DNA of 64,000 nt from Marine Group III euryarchaeote CG-Bathy1 (GTDB lineage Archaea > Thermoplasmatota > Poseidoniia > MGIII > CG-Epi1): the NCBI GenBank assembly GCA_001875425.1, contig MIYU01000001.1, positions 129,804-193,803 on the forward strand, in the 5' to 3' direction. Positions 19,089 through 28,027 of this stretch are shown here, piece after piece. Under the pieces are notes generated by a model. It was not told the origin of the DNA, ran no database searches, and saw only the letters and a program-made list of their open reading frames with translations. The stretch's first letter is position 1. Each line of letters starts with the position of its first letter. The translations under genes and the position numbers were made by a program.

Positions 19089-19880
19089 GTGATTATTTTG
19101 AGTTATTATTACGAAAATAAAAGAGCAATCGTTCGAGGAATCCCCAATACTTTCAATTCCGCTATCTCAAAATATATGGGTTCTGGGCCTATTGATGTAG
19201 CTACTGCAAAGGTTCAACACATTTCCTACGTTGAAAAATTAAAATCACTCAAGGTTGAAGTTTTGAAACTAATGCCAGATGACAACTATCCAGATTGCTG
19301 TTTCGTAGAAGATCAAGTTGTAGTTCTCGATGATAGGGCATTAATCACTAACGCAGGTGCTCAATCTAGAAAGGGCGAAAAAGATGTAATAATCAACACA
19401 CTAAGTGAAAAATTAGCTTTAGAATTTATGGAATCTCCGGCAGAATTAGATGGTGGTGATGTTTTACGAGTAGGTGATATCGTATATGTCGGTAGCAGCA
19501 CACGTACAAATATTCATGGAATAAATGCTTTGAAAGATTTTGCAAATAAATCCAATATCACTGTAAAAACAATACCCATTCCTACTGATTCATTACATCT
19601 TAAAAGTATCTGTTCTTCACCTTGTCCCGATACTTTGATAGTTGCAAAAGATACACTATCCCTAGACCTTTTCGATTCCAGTCATAAATTGTTACAAATA
19701 CCAAAAGAGGACATATATGCTGCAAATACAATAGGAATAGGTCGGAATTTGATTATTCCTGATGAGTATCCAAATACACATAAAATCCTCGAAGACGAAG
19801 GTTTTATTCTTCATAAATTAAGCATGTCTCAAATTCGAAATGCCGACGGTTCTCTTACTTGCCTTTCAGTATTTTATTGA
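19089..19880 (+). CDS. dimethylarginine dimethylaminohydrolase-like amidinotransferase-fold enzyme
   Basis: DDAH-sized at 263 aa. 'DGGDVL' and the C-terminal 'DGSLTCLSV' (catalytic Cys context) fit. GTG start. Confidence 0.7.
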   Translation: MIILSYYYENKRAIVRGIPNTFNSAISKYMGSGPIDVATAKVQHISYVEKLKSLKVEVLKLMPDDNYPDCCFVEDQVVVLDDRALITNAGAQSRKGEKDVIINTLSEKLALEFMESPAELDGGDVLRVGDIVYVGSSTRTNIHGINALKDFANKSNITVKTIPIPTDSLHLKSICSSPCPDTLIVAKDTLSLDLFDSSHKLLQIPKEDIYAANTIGIGRNLIIPDEYPNTHKILEDEGFILHKLSMSQIRNADGSLTCLSVFY

Positions 19881-19920
19881 AAATCATTAATATAAACTGT
19901 ACTATCTGTGAGTTCAAATC

Positions 19921-21246
19921 ATGACAAATCCCGTAGAAATAAAACCAGCCTCTGGAAAGTTAGGAGTTCTACTTCCAGGTATTGGTGCTGTTAGTACTAC
20001 TTTTATTGCCGGTGTAGAGGCTGTTAAGGCAGGTATCGGTAAACCTATTGGGTCTCTGACTCAAATGGGCTCTTTGAGGTTGGGTAAGCGAAATGAACAG
20101 CGCGATTCAAAAATTAAGGATTTTGTCCCCTTATATGATTTAGAAAATTTAGTTTTTGGAGGTTGGGATATTTTTGCAGAATATCCTGATTGTTATTCGG
20201 CGGCTGTAAACGCAGGCGTTCTTGAACAATCTTTACTAGATCAATTAAAAGATCAACTTTCAGAAATCAAATCTATGCCAGCAGTTTTTAATCAAAAATA
20301 CGTTAAAAATCTAAATCCAACTAGAATAAAGGATGTTACAAGTCACAGAGATGCTATTGATGCTTTAAGATCTGATATTCGAAATTTCAAAGAAACTAAT
20401 AATCTAGAAAGGGCCGTTATGGTATGGTGTGGAAGTACAGAAACATTCCAGGCCCCCGATTCAGATATTTTCGAGAACCTTTCTAGTTTTGAAAAAGCAT
20501 TAGATAATGATGATCCATCAATTTTACCAAGCGTTCTGTACGCTTATGCTGCATTACAGGAAGACGTACCATATGCAAACGGCGCTCCAAACCTATCTGC
20601 AGATTTTCCAGCAATGTATGAACTTTCTCATAAATTAAAAGTTCCAATTGCAGGTAAAGATTTCAAAACAGGTCAGACATTAATGAAAACTATTCTCGCT
20701 CCCGGCTTCAAAGCTAGAATGCTAGGTATCGAGGGGTGGTTTTCTACAAACATTTTAGGCAATAGAGATGGGGAAGTTCTTGACGACCCCGAAAGTTTCA
20801 AAACTAAAGAAGTTTCAAAATTAGGAGTTCTTGAACAAATTCTAAAACCGGAGGAAAATCCAGATCTTTATGGGGATTTATATCACAAAGTTAGAATCAA
20901 TTACTATCCACCAAGAGGTGATGATAAGGAAGGTTGGGACAATATAGACATTAGAGGTTGGTTGAATTATCCTATGCAAATCAAAATAGATTTTCTCTGT
21001 AAAGATTCAATCTTAGCTGCACCTATTGTTTTAGATTTAGCACTCTTTATGGATTTAGCTAGTAGATCTGGCAAGTACGGTATCCAAGAATGGCTATCCT
21101 TTTATTTCAAATCACCAACATGTAAACCGGATCTCTATCCTCTGCATGATTTATTTGTTCAGAAAAATAAATTAGAAAACACACTCAGGGATTTAATGGG
21201 TGAGGATCTAATAACTAATCTCGGTTTAGATTATTACGATGAATAA
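19921..21246 (+). CDS. myo-inositol-1-phosphate synthase
   Basis: Contains 'GVLLPGIGAVSTT', 'YANGAPN' and 'NILGNRDG', and the length fits. Confidence 0.85.
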   Translation: MTNPVEIKPASGKLGVLLPGIGAVSTTFIAGVEAVKAGIGKPIGSLTQMGSLRLGKRNEQRDSKIKDFVPLYDLENLVFGGWDIFAEYPDCYSAAVNAGVLEQSLLDQLKDQLSEIKSMPAVFNQKYVKNLNPTRIKDVTSHRDAIDALRSDIRNFKETNNLERAVMVWCGSTETFQAPDSDIFENLSSFEKALDNDDPSILPSVLYAYAALQEDVPYANGAPNLSADFPAMYELSHKLKVPIAGKDFKTGQTLMKTILAPGFKARMLGIEGWFSTNILGNRDGEVLDDPESFKTKEVSKLGVLEQILKPEENPDLYGDLYHKVRINYYPPRGDDKEGWDNIDIRGWLNYPMQIKIDFLCKDSILAAPIVLDLALFMDLASRSGKYGIQEWLSFYFKSPTCKPDLYPLHDLFVQKNKLENTLRDLMGEDLITNLGLDYYDE

Positions 21247-21249
21247 TCT

Positions 21250-21621
21250 ATGCCAACTGTCGATGAAATAGATGTAGCAATCTTAGCTTTTGTTTCAGAT
21301 CATAAAAAATCTAGCGTTACCGATGGTGCAAAAGCTCTCTATCAACCGAGTGATGTTTACGAATTACAAAAAAAAGATGCAATGCTTAGACATCGTTACA
21401 AAGCTTTAGCGGATCGAGGTCTTTTAATTCCTAAAGAAGATGGTAGAAGAACTCTTTATAGTGTAGATAAAAAAAGAATAAAGTTCGGCGTTGGCTTACA
21501 TGAAAAACTCGGTGTTAGATTAGATTCACGTCTCGAAGATGATTATTGTATTTTAATAATTCTCGAGAATGGAATAGTTATACATTCATTGGACGCACTT
21601 GAAGATAAATGGGGTGCGTAG
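21250..21621 (+). CDS. hypothetical protein, possible winged-helix DNA-binding domain
   Basis: Starts 3 nt after the MIPS stop. 'LADRGLLIPKEDGRRTLYSV' resembles a wHTH recognition helix plus wing. Confidence 0.4.
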   Translation: MPTVDEIDVAILAFVSDHKKSSVTDGAKALYQPSDVYELQKKDAMLRHRYKALADRGLLIPKEDGRRTLYSVDKKRIKFGVGLHEKLGVRLDSRLEDDYCILIILENGIVIHSLDALEDKWGA

Positions 21622-21654
21622 TTTGATACATCAAAATTCTGTTTCGAAAATCGG

Positions 21655-21662
21655 TTATATAT
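21655..21662 (+). promoter_or_regulatory. candidate archaeal TATA box for the beta-propeller gene
   Basis: 'TTATATAT' is centred about 32 nt upstream of the ATG at 21691, which would give a very short leader. Based on motif and spacing only. Confidence 0.25.
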
Positions 21663-21690
21663 TGTCTATATTTCTTGTGGAGCGTTCAAA

Positions 21691-23994
21691 ATGAGTAAAC
21701 GCAATGATTTCGTTGGTTTCGTAGGTTATCGCAAGCAGAGAGAACCTTCATTCGTTCAACCAGCTCCATTTACATCTTCTTGGAATCCTCTATTCAGCGT
21801 TTTGATTGTTTTTTGCGTTATTTTTTCAGGAGCTGCAATGTTATTCAGCCCCTTCGATGATGATATGGATAATACATATCAGGTAGAATTTCTGAAGACT
21901 ATGGTTTCAGAAAAGTCTAGAGATTCACCTGCATTAATCGGTTATGAATCTTGTATCGATTTGGAAGATAGATTGAAAACCAATGTTAAAGATGAAATGG
22001 TCACTACAGTAGGTTTAGGATATGGGGGGTATGGTATTTCTCCAGAATTCGGCATGGTCGATGTGGCAATGGATGATGGTGCAGCTTTGGAAAGCGCTGA
22101 TAGTTCTAATAGTGCATCTACTGGTTCATCTTCAAATCAGGAATTTTCTGGTACAAACAACCAAGAACAAGGGGTCGATGAAGGTGATTTCGTAAAAACT
22201 GACGGTGATTTCATTTATGTTTTGAATGATTGGGATTATCAAGTTTACAAGAATTGGGGCTGGTCGTATGAATCAAAGAGTATTCTACATATCTTAGCAG
22301 TACCCGAATTCGGCCAAATTGAAAATACATCTTCTACAGTAATCGAAGGAAATGCAAGAGAAATGCTCCTAGCGGGTGATAGAATGATAGTCTATTCAGA
22401 TATTTACACATGGGATATGCAAGAAGATCATATGCTTTCAGATTACGTCCGTTCCGACGGTAATTATCGTGTCTATGAAATGACTAAAATGACAATTTTG
22501 GATATCTCTAATCGTTCCTCTCCACAAGTAGATCAAGAGGTTTATATCGAAGGAAATTATCAGACTGCTAGGGAAGTAGATGGTACTGTTAGGATGGTAT
22601 CTTATGCATATTTAGACATTCCTGATGTTTTAAATTACATAAATTACGATTATGAAGTTTTCTGGGCAGATACTATGACTGATAGTGCTAGAGAAGATAT
22701 GTGGCGTGACGCTGCAACCTCTACTATAGAGCATAATAATGACGTAATAGATGAGACCTCACTTTCAGATTTAGTTCCTGCAATTTATTTTATGAATGAA
22801 GGTAATTTAGAGGAATTCAACTTCGCAACAGATGGTGGTTCTGGTTGTGACAATTTTGTCATATCTAGTGATGGAACTGGTGATGGTTTCACTTCAATCT
22901 TGACTATTGACTTAACCAAAGACAATTTTAGTTTTGAAGCAGACCATATGATGACCAACTATCCAACTATTTATTCTTCTTCTGACACTATGGTTATTTC
23001 AGAAAATACCAATGATTGGTGGTGGTATATGTTGGATGAAACCGATTATACCGAAGCTACCAATATTCACACTTTCGATGTAAGTGAAATGGGTGATACA
23101 AAATATATTGCCAGTGGAAGGGTGGATGGTACCGTTTCTGGTCAATTCTCTCTTTCTGAATATAATGATGATATACGCGTAGTTTCTACAATTGGAGAGT
23201 GGAATCGATGGTGGTTGGATAATCCAGAAGAATCAGAAACAATAGTTTGTGTTTTGCGTCAAGTTGAAGGTAGTCATGACTTATCTGAAGTAGGTAGAGT
23301 AGATGGTATTGCATTAGGAGAACGGCTATGGTCTGCTCGTTTCGTTGAAGAAAAAGCATACCTAGTCACTTTTAGAAATATAGATCCTCTTTGGGTTATA
23401 GATTTAAGCAATCCTACTATGCCAACAATAGAAGGTGAATTAGAAGTTCCAGGAGTTTCTACATACATACATCCTTTGGATGGCGATCGGTTACTAACTA
23501 TAGGTTACGGCGGAGATGGAGAAGGTCTCGATTGGAGTACTCAGATTTCTTTATTCGATGTTAGCGATCCTAATAATCCAACGTTATCTACTTCTTTGTC
23601 TCTCATGCCTGCAGATGAGAATGGTGGTTGGAGTTGGGGGTGGAGTGAAGCGAATTATGAGCACAAAGCTTTCCAATATTGGAATGGCACTCTAGCCATA
23701 CCAATGAGTACATACAAATATGATTGCGATGAAGATGGTTGGCGTTGTACTTATGAGTACGTAACTAAATTGGTGTTAATTGATGTTACAGATTATAATT
23801 TAGAATTAGATGGAGAGATTCATCATTCAGATTTTTACAATGAAGATAATACTTATTGGAACAATATTGATGTTCGCAGATCAATTTTCATGGGCGATTT
23901 TGTTTATTCAATAAGTAAAGGTGTAGTTCTAGTTCATGATCTATTGGACTTTGAAATGAAAGATTCTGTAAACTTGGGTATCACTTCAAAGTAA
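21691..23994 (+). CDS. membrane-anchored/secreted beta-propeller domain protein (Beta_propel family-like)
   Basis: N-terminal TM segment 'LFSVLIVFCVIFSGAAMLF'. 'GVDEGDFVKTDGDFIYVL' and the later 'ARFVEEKAYLVTFRNIDPLWVIDLSNP' match my recollection of the secreted beta-propeller family. Confidence 0.7.
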   Translation: MSKRNDFVGFVGYRKQREPSFVQPAPFTSSWNPLFSVLIVFCVIFSGAAMLFSPFDDDMDNTYQVEFLKTMVSEKSRDSPALIGYESCIDLEDRLKTNVKDEMVTTVGLGYGGYGISPEFGMVDVAMDDGAALESADSSNSASTGSSSNQEFSGTNNQEQGVDEGDFVKTDGDFIYVLNDWDYQVYKNWGWSYESKSILHILAVPEFGQIENTSSTVIEGNAREMLLAGDRMIVYSDIYTWDMQEDHMLSDYVRSDGNYRVYEMTKMTILDISNRSSPQVDQEVYIEGNYQTAREVDGTVRMVSYAYLDIPDVLNYINYDYEVFWADTMTDSAREDMWRDAATSTIEHNNDVIDETSLSDLVPAIYFMNEGNLEEFNFATDGGSGCDNFVISSDGTGDGFTSILTIDLTKDNFSFEADHMMTNYPTIYSSSDTMVISENTNDWWWYMLDETDYTEATNIHTFDVSEMGDTKYIASGRVDGTVSGQFSLSEYNDDIRVVSTIGEWNRWWLDNPEESETIVCVLRQVEGSHDLSEVGRVDGIALGERLWSARFVEEKAYLVTFRNIDPLWVIDLSNPTMPTIEGELEVPGVSTYIHPLDGDRLLTIGYGGDGEGLDWSTQISLFDVSDPNNPTLSTSLSLMPADENGGWSWGWSEANYEHKAFQYWNGTLAIPMSTYKYDCDEDGWRCTYEYVTKLVLIDVTDYNLELDGEIHHSDFYNEDNTYWNNIDVRRSIFMGDFVYSISKGVVLVHDLLDFEMKDSVNLGITSK

Positions 23995-24031
23995 ACAAAG
24001 CTTTTTTCACCAAAGTTACATTGGTCCTTTT

Positions 24032-27000
24032 ATGAATCGTAGCGTTTTGCCACTTTTAGTGTGTGCAATACTCATTTCCACTCCATTATTCATGCCTCTT
24101 TCAGAGTCATCTAACAGTGACAAAGATGTCCAAGGTTGGTGGTCTAATTATTCCAGAGATAAAGATAGAGATGGAATCAGCGATGTGTTAGAATGGAAAT
24201 TACAACAAGGTAATCGTTTCTTTGAGCCAGATTCAGCACGTGTTTTCATAAGATACGATCATCATCCCACAGATTCAGATATTGAAAAATTAGAAAAATT
24301 AGGAATAGAAGTAACTTATCGTGCTCAATATATCGACTTAGTTGCTACTACAATGCCTCGTAATCTAGTCTATCCAGTCTCTACTTGGTACGGCATTGTA
24401 ATGCTCGATGACATCGGTAAAGCAGTTCCACACATGAATGAAGCCGTTCCTGCAATGGGGGTAGATCAAGTTTGGAACAATTACGGTATTTATGGAAACG
24501 GAATCTCTATCGCTATAGTCGATACCGGGGTTGATAATGCCCATGTCGGTTTAGATGATATGGATGATAACATTCAAACTATGGATGATCTAAAAGTTGT
24601 AGCTTATTATGATGCAGTTCAAGATAATTTAGTATGTTCACCATGCTTACCTGGTGAATCTTTGGATAGTGGTACACACGGTACCCATGTTGCAGGTATA
24701 GCAGCAGGTACTGGTGATGGAGAGGCAGCACCAGACGGTTCACGCCATATTGGTGTCGCACCGAAAGCTAGCTTAGTCAACGTTCTTTCATGTTGCGATG
24801 GTGATATTGAAGACATTATCAGAGGTGTTGAATGGACGATAACTAATCAAAAACTAGTCGAACCAAATATCAGAGTTATGACATCCAGTCTCGGCGAACA
24901 ACAAATCGAATTTCATATCGATAACGATGGAAGCTCTGCTTGGAGTCAAGTTGTCGATGCCGCAGTAGAATCTGGCCTCGTAGTTACTTTGAGTGCAGGT
25001 AATGAATTTGGCTCAGCTACTGCAGCCGGTTGTAACACTATCGATTCACCCGGTGATTCAAGATTACCCATAACAGTCGCTTCTCTCGACAAAGATTTGA
25101 GTTTGGCAATATATAGCTCCAGAGGGTATACTTCGGATGGAAGAGTCAAGCCAGATGTCGCCGCTATAGGAAGCAGTATCATGGCCCCTAACAAGGGAAC
25201 TGGAACAGGTTACACTAGTAAAAGCGGAACTAGTATGGCCACTCCTTTGATGGCAGGTATTGTAGCTTTAACTTTAGAGGCTAATCCCGATTTAACCCCA
25301 ACAGAAGTTAAGGATACGTTAGTTGCAGGCTATTCTATCGAACGAGAAATATTAGATGATGATATAGATGCAGCATCTAATAATTGCTCAATTGCAGAAA
25401 CTAGACCGGACAACGAGTATGGTTATGGGCAGGCTGATCCAAAAACGTTCGTAGATATCTCTGGAAATATTGATTCTTCTTTGAGTATAAATTGGTCGTT
25501 AGAACCTGAATATATGTTAGTGAATGATTCTTACGTAGAGGTCAAACCAAGAATATATAACGAAAGTTGGATTAGAGGGGTCTCTGATTCTTCTGGTCAA
25601 TCAATTAGCATTGGTGTCGAGGTTCGTTTTGGCGTTGATAGTTGGTCTTTAGCAGATGATTTATCAGATAATGGTGATTGGAGTGAGTGGCAAATCAAAG
25701 TTCCTGAACAGACCAAAAAAGGCAATCAAACATTATACGCAAGATTAGTGGCCAATTCTGAACAAATGTCTCCCATGGCATCAGCATCTGTAGTTCTTCT
25801 CGATGAATACGATACTGATGATATCGGTTCTATTTCTTCACTTTCAGATTCAACAATTCTTCTATTGACGGCATTATTACTTGTTTTAACTGCCGGTGTG
25901 GGCATCCCTGTATGGAAGCGATATCGAAAATTAGTTAACAGTAGCACAGAAAATCAAAAACAGAATGTAAATCATCTCTTATTGTTTAGATCTTTAACGG
26001 ATGCTGCTCAGATTGCATTACTATACTGGACGGCTATGCGTTTCTTTTTACGAGATGAAGGGGCAAGCCAATCATTAGTTTCTGCCTATTATGGGATTGC
26101 GCTATTGGTTTTGGGCGTCAGTTTAATTTTTTGGGGGTACATAGCCGATACATATGGTTCTAGAAGAAAAATTCTTCTTTATACTTCAATCGGCTGCGCT
26201 ATTCTCTATCTCTTTATTCCATTTTTAGGCATATACGGTACAGTTTTCATTTCTATATTTCTATTGATGCTCCACGGTTCCGGTCGTATACCTAGGGCGA
26301 TTGCTTCTGAGTATTATCCTGATTGCCAAGGCGAATTCAATGGAGTTTTCTGGGGTATGTTCGCTTTGATATATTCTGTAGCATATCTTGCTGCTCCATC
26401 GATATACGAGTCTTTTGGTATGAATGCAATAGTCTTCTTCTGTTTATTATTGAATATTGCAGCAGCGTTCTGCGCATTCCGTTTAAACGAAATTGATGTT
26501 ATGCCTGGAACATTAGTTACTGATTCATCAACTCCTCTCGATTTTAATTCAAATTCATTCTCTTTAGATTCTCTACGTTTCAAGAATTCCTGGGTTAAAT
26601 GGATTTTACTAACCGTTTTCTTAATCTATATTCCTCGCGGAGTCATCGTTTACAATGCTCCGAATTATTTTGATGATATAGGTTATGACAGAAGTTTTGT
26701 TGGTGTAATAATGGGTTATTCGGTTGTAGCTTCTGTTATTCTTTATCCTTGGCTCGGTTCTGTTTGTGATCGTTTAGGAGCTTGGCAAGTACTTCTTTGG
26801 TCTGCTTTATTGTATATTCTCCTATGGGGTACTTTCAGTTCTGCCGTATCTACGCATCTGTCTGCATTTATTTTTATAATTCCTGTAATTCCATTTTTAC
26901 GTACTTCTAGAGATACGTTATTGTCTCAACTAACTGACTTGGATGAACGGAGTAAAGGTATGGGTTGGGGGGTTTTCATCGGTACACTTGGATATTCAGT

Positions 27001-27169
27001 TGGCGCTTTTTTCGCATCCGCAATGTTAGGTTGGTTAGATGCCAAAGATATGGAAATCCAAATGCAATATCTTTACACGTTCAGAGCTAGTTTAGTATTT
27101 CTTTTGTTAGCCTCTGCAGTTGCGTGGTGGTTGAATAAAAATACATCCAAGGAGGCTACCACTTGGTAG
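24032..27169 (+). CDS. fusion protein: secreted subtilisin-like (S8) serine protease, then a TM anchor, then an MFS transporter
   Basis: Signal peptide, then the S8 triad: 'AIVDTGVD' (D164), 'HGTHVAG' (H217), 'SGTSMATP' (S401). A TM helix spans aa 608-627 and is followed by 'KRYRK'. Next comes a multi-TM domain with MFS motif A 'GYIADTYGSRRK'. One uninterrupted 1045-codon ORF. Confidence 0.85.
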   Translation: MNRSVLPLLVCAILISTPLFMPLSESSNSDKDVQGWWSNYSRDKDRDGISDVLEWKLQQGNRFFEPDSARVFIRYDHHPTDSDIEKLEKLGIEVTYRAQYIDLVATTMPRNLVYPVSTWYGIVMLDDIGKAVPHMNEAVPAMGVDQVWNNYGIYGNGISIAIVDTGVDNAHVGLDDMDDNIQTMDDLKVVAYYDAVQDNLVCSPCLPGESLDSGTHGTHVAGIAAGTGDGEAAPDGSRHIGVAPKASLVNVLSCCDGDIEDIIRGVEWTITNQKLVEPNIRVMTSSLGEQQIEFHIDNDGSSAWSQVVDAAVESGLVVTLSAGNEFGSATAAGCNTIDSPGDSRLPITVASLDKDLSLAIYSSRGYTSDGRVKPDVAAIGSSIMAPNKGTGTGYTSKSGTSMATPLMAGIVALTLEANPDLTPTEVKDTLVAGYSIEREILDDDIDAASNNCSIAETRPDNEYGYGQADPKTFVDISGNIDSSLSINWSLEPEYMLVNDSYVEVKPRIYNESWIRGVSDSSGQSISIGVEVRFGVDSWSLADDLSDNGDWSEWQIKVPEQTKKGNQTLYARLVANSEQMSPMASASVVLLDEYDTDDIGSISSLSDSTILLLTALLLVLTAGVGIPVWKRYRKLVNSSTENQKQNVNHLLLFRSLTDAAQIALLYWTAMRFFLRDEGASQSLVSAYYGIALLVLGVSLIFWGYIADTYGSRRKILLYTSIGCAILYLFIPFLGIYGTVFISIFLLMLHGSGRIPRAIASEYYPDCQGEFNGVFWGMFALIYSVAYLAAPSIYESFGMNAIVFFCLLLNIAAAFCAFRLNEIDVMPGTLVTDSSTPLDFNSNSFSLDSLRFKNSWVKWILLTVFLIYIPRGVIVYNAPNYFDDIGYDRSFVGVIMGYSVVASVILYPWLGSVCDRLGAWQVLLWSALLYILLWGTFSSAVSTHLSAFIFIIPVIPFLRTSRDTLLSQLTDLDERSKGMGWGVFIGTLGYSVGAFFASAMLGWLDAKDMEIQMQYLYTFRASLVFLLLASAVAWWLNKNTSKEATTW

Positions 27170-27837
27170 CTGTCGCTATCACTCTATCTGAAGATAAATA
27201 TTTTGAAAAATACGCATCTTGGCTTCGAGAAATAGATGTCGAACCAGTGCGGATTACAGATTCCGAAGCTCTTTGCGATTTTGATATTTTAGTTCTTTCA
27301 GGAGGTGGCGATTTAAGTGTCGAAATTGGAGCTTACGGTCAACCAGAAAGAACAGATTTTCCTCTTCAATTCATAAAACCTGAACGGGATGAGTTGGAAA
27401 TTTCCCTTCTGAATAAAGCAACAAAAAATAAGATGCCAGTTTTAGGTATCTGTAGAGGGTTGCAAATAATCAATGTTTACTGTGGAGGTACACTCTGGCC
27501 AGATATCAGTGAAGGCAATTTCAATACTTTATTGCATAGGAAACATTCTGGAGATGATGGAGATACAGAACACGAAGTGGATTTAGTAGATTCAAATTTC
27601 GATGTAGCTAGTCACCACCATTTAGCTATTCATATTTTAGGTGACAATCTTTCAGCAATCGGTCACAGTAATGATGGTCTGATTGAAGCAGTTAAACATA
27701 CAGAACTTCCATGGTTTGCTGTTCAATGGCATCCTGAAAGAACTTTAGAGGGTCCCGGCCGTTCAATACCAAAAGAATGGCTTTTACAACAGATTAGAAA
27801 TATCTCAAATTCTAAAGATTCGGATAGCGTCGCTTAA
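27163..27837 (+). CDS. class I glutamine amidotransferase-like peptidase C26 (gamma-glutamyl hydrolase/PuuD-like)
   Basis: 'PVLGICRGLQIINV' carries the nucleophile Cys and 'VQWHPE' the His-Glu pair. The TTG start overlaps the upstream stop by 7 nt. Confidence 0.8.
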   Translation: MVAVAITLSEDKYFEKYASWLREIDVEPVRITDSEALCDFDILVLSGGGDLSVEIGAYGQPERTDFPLQFIKPERDELEISLLNKATKNKMPVLGICRGLQIINVYCGGTLWPDISEGNFNTLLHRKHSGDDGDTEHEVDLVDSNFDVASHHHLAIHILGDNLSAIGHSNDGLIEAVKHTELPWFAVQWHPERTLEGPGRSIPKEWLLQQIRNISNSKDSDSVA

Positions 27838-27880
27838 ATACACCCCCAAATGTCCGACGTACTGTTTAGGAGTATTATAT

Positions 27881-27985
27881 TTGAAACGTAGTTCCCGTGT
27901 ATGGAAGAAAAAAGGCAATCAACGTTGGAAGTGGCGCAAGAAGAAGATGCGACGCAGAAAACGGGCAGCCAGACGTAAGCAGTAG
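27881..27985 (+). CDS. rpl41e: archaeal ribosomal protein eL41-like microprotein (34 aa, below the ORF-track cutoff)
   Basis: Hand translation gives (M)KRSSRVWKKKGNQRWKWRKKKMRRRKRAARRKQ. It resembles the archaeal L41e pattern KRSSRxWKKKGxxRWKW. TTG start with AGGAG about 8 nt upstream. Confidence 0.7.
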   Translation: MKRSSRVWKKKGNQRWKWRKKKMRRRKRAARRKQ

Positions 27986-28027
27986 TTTTTCAGTTGAGTT
28001 TAAAAACACCAGATGTTTAGGCATATT

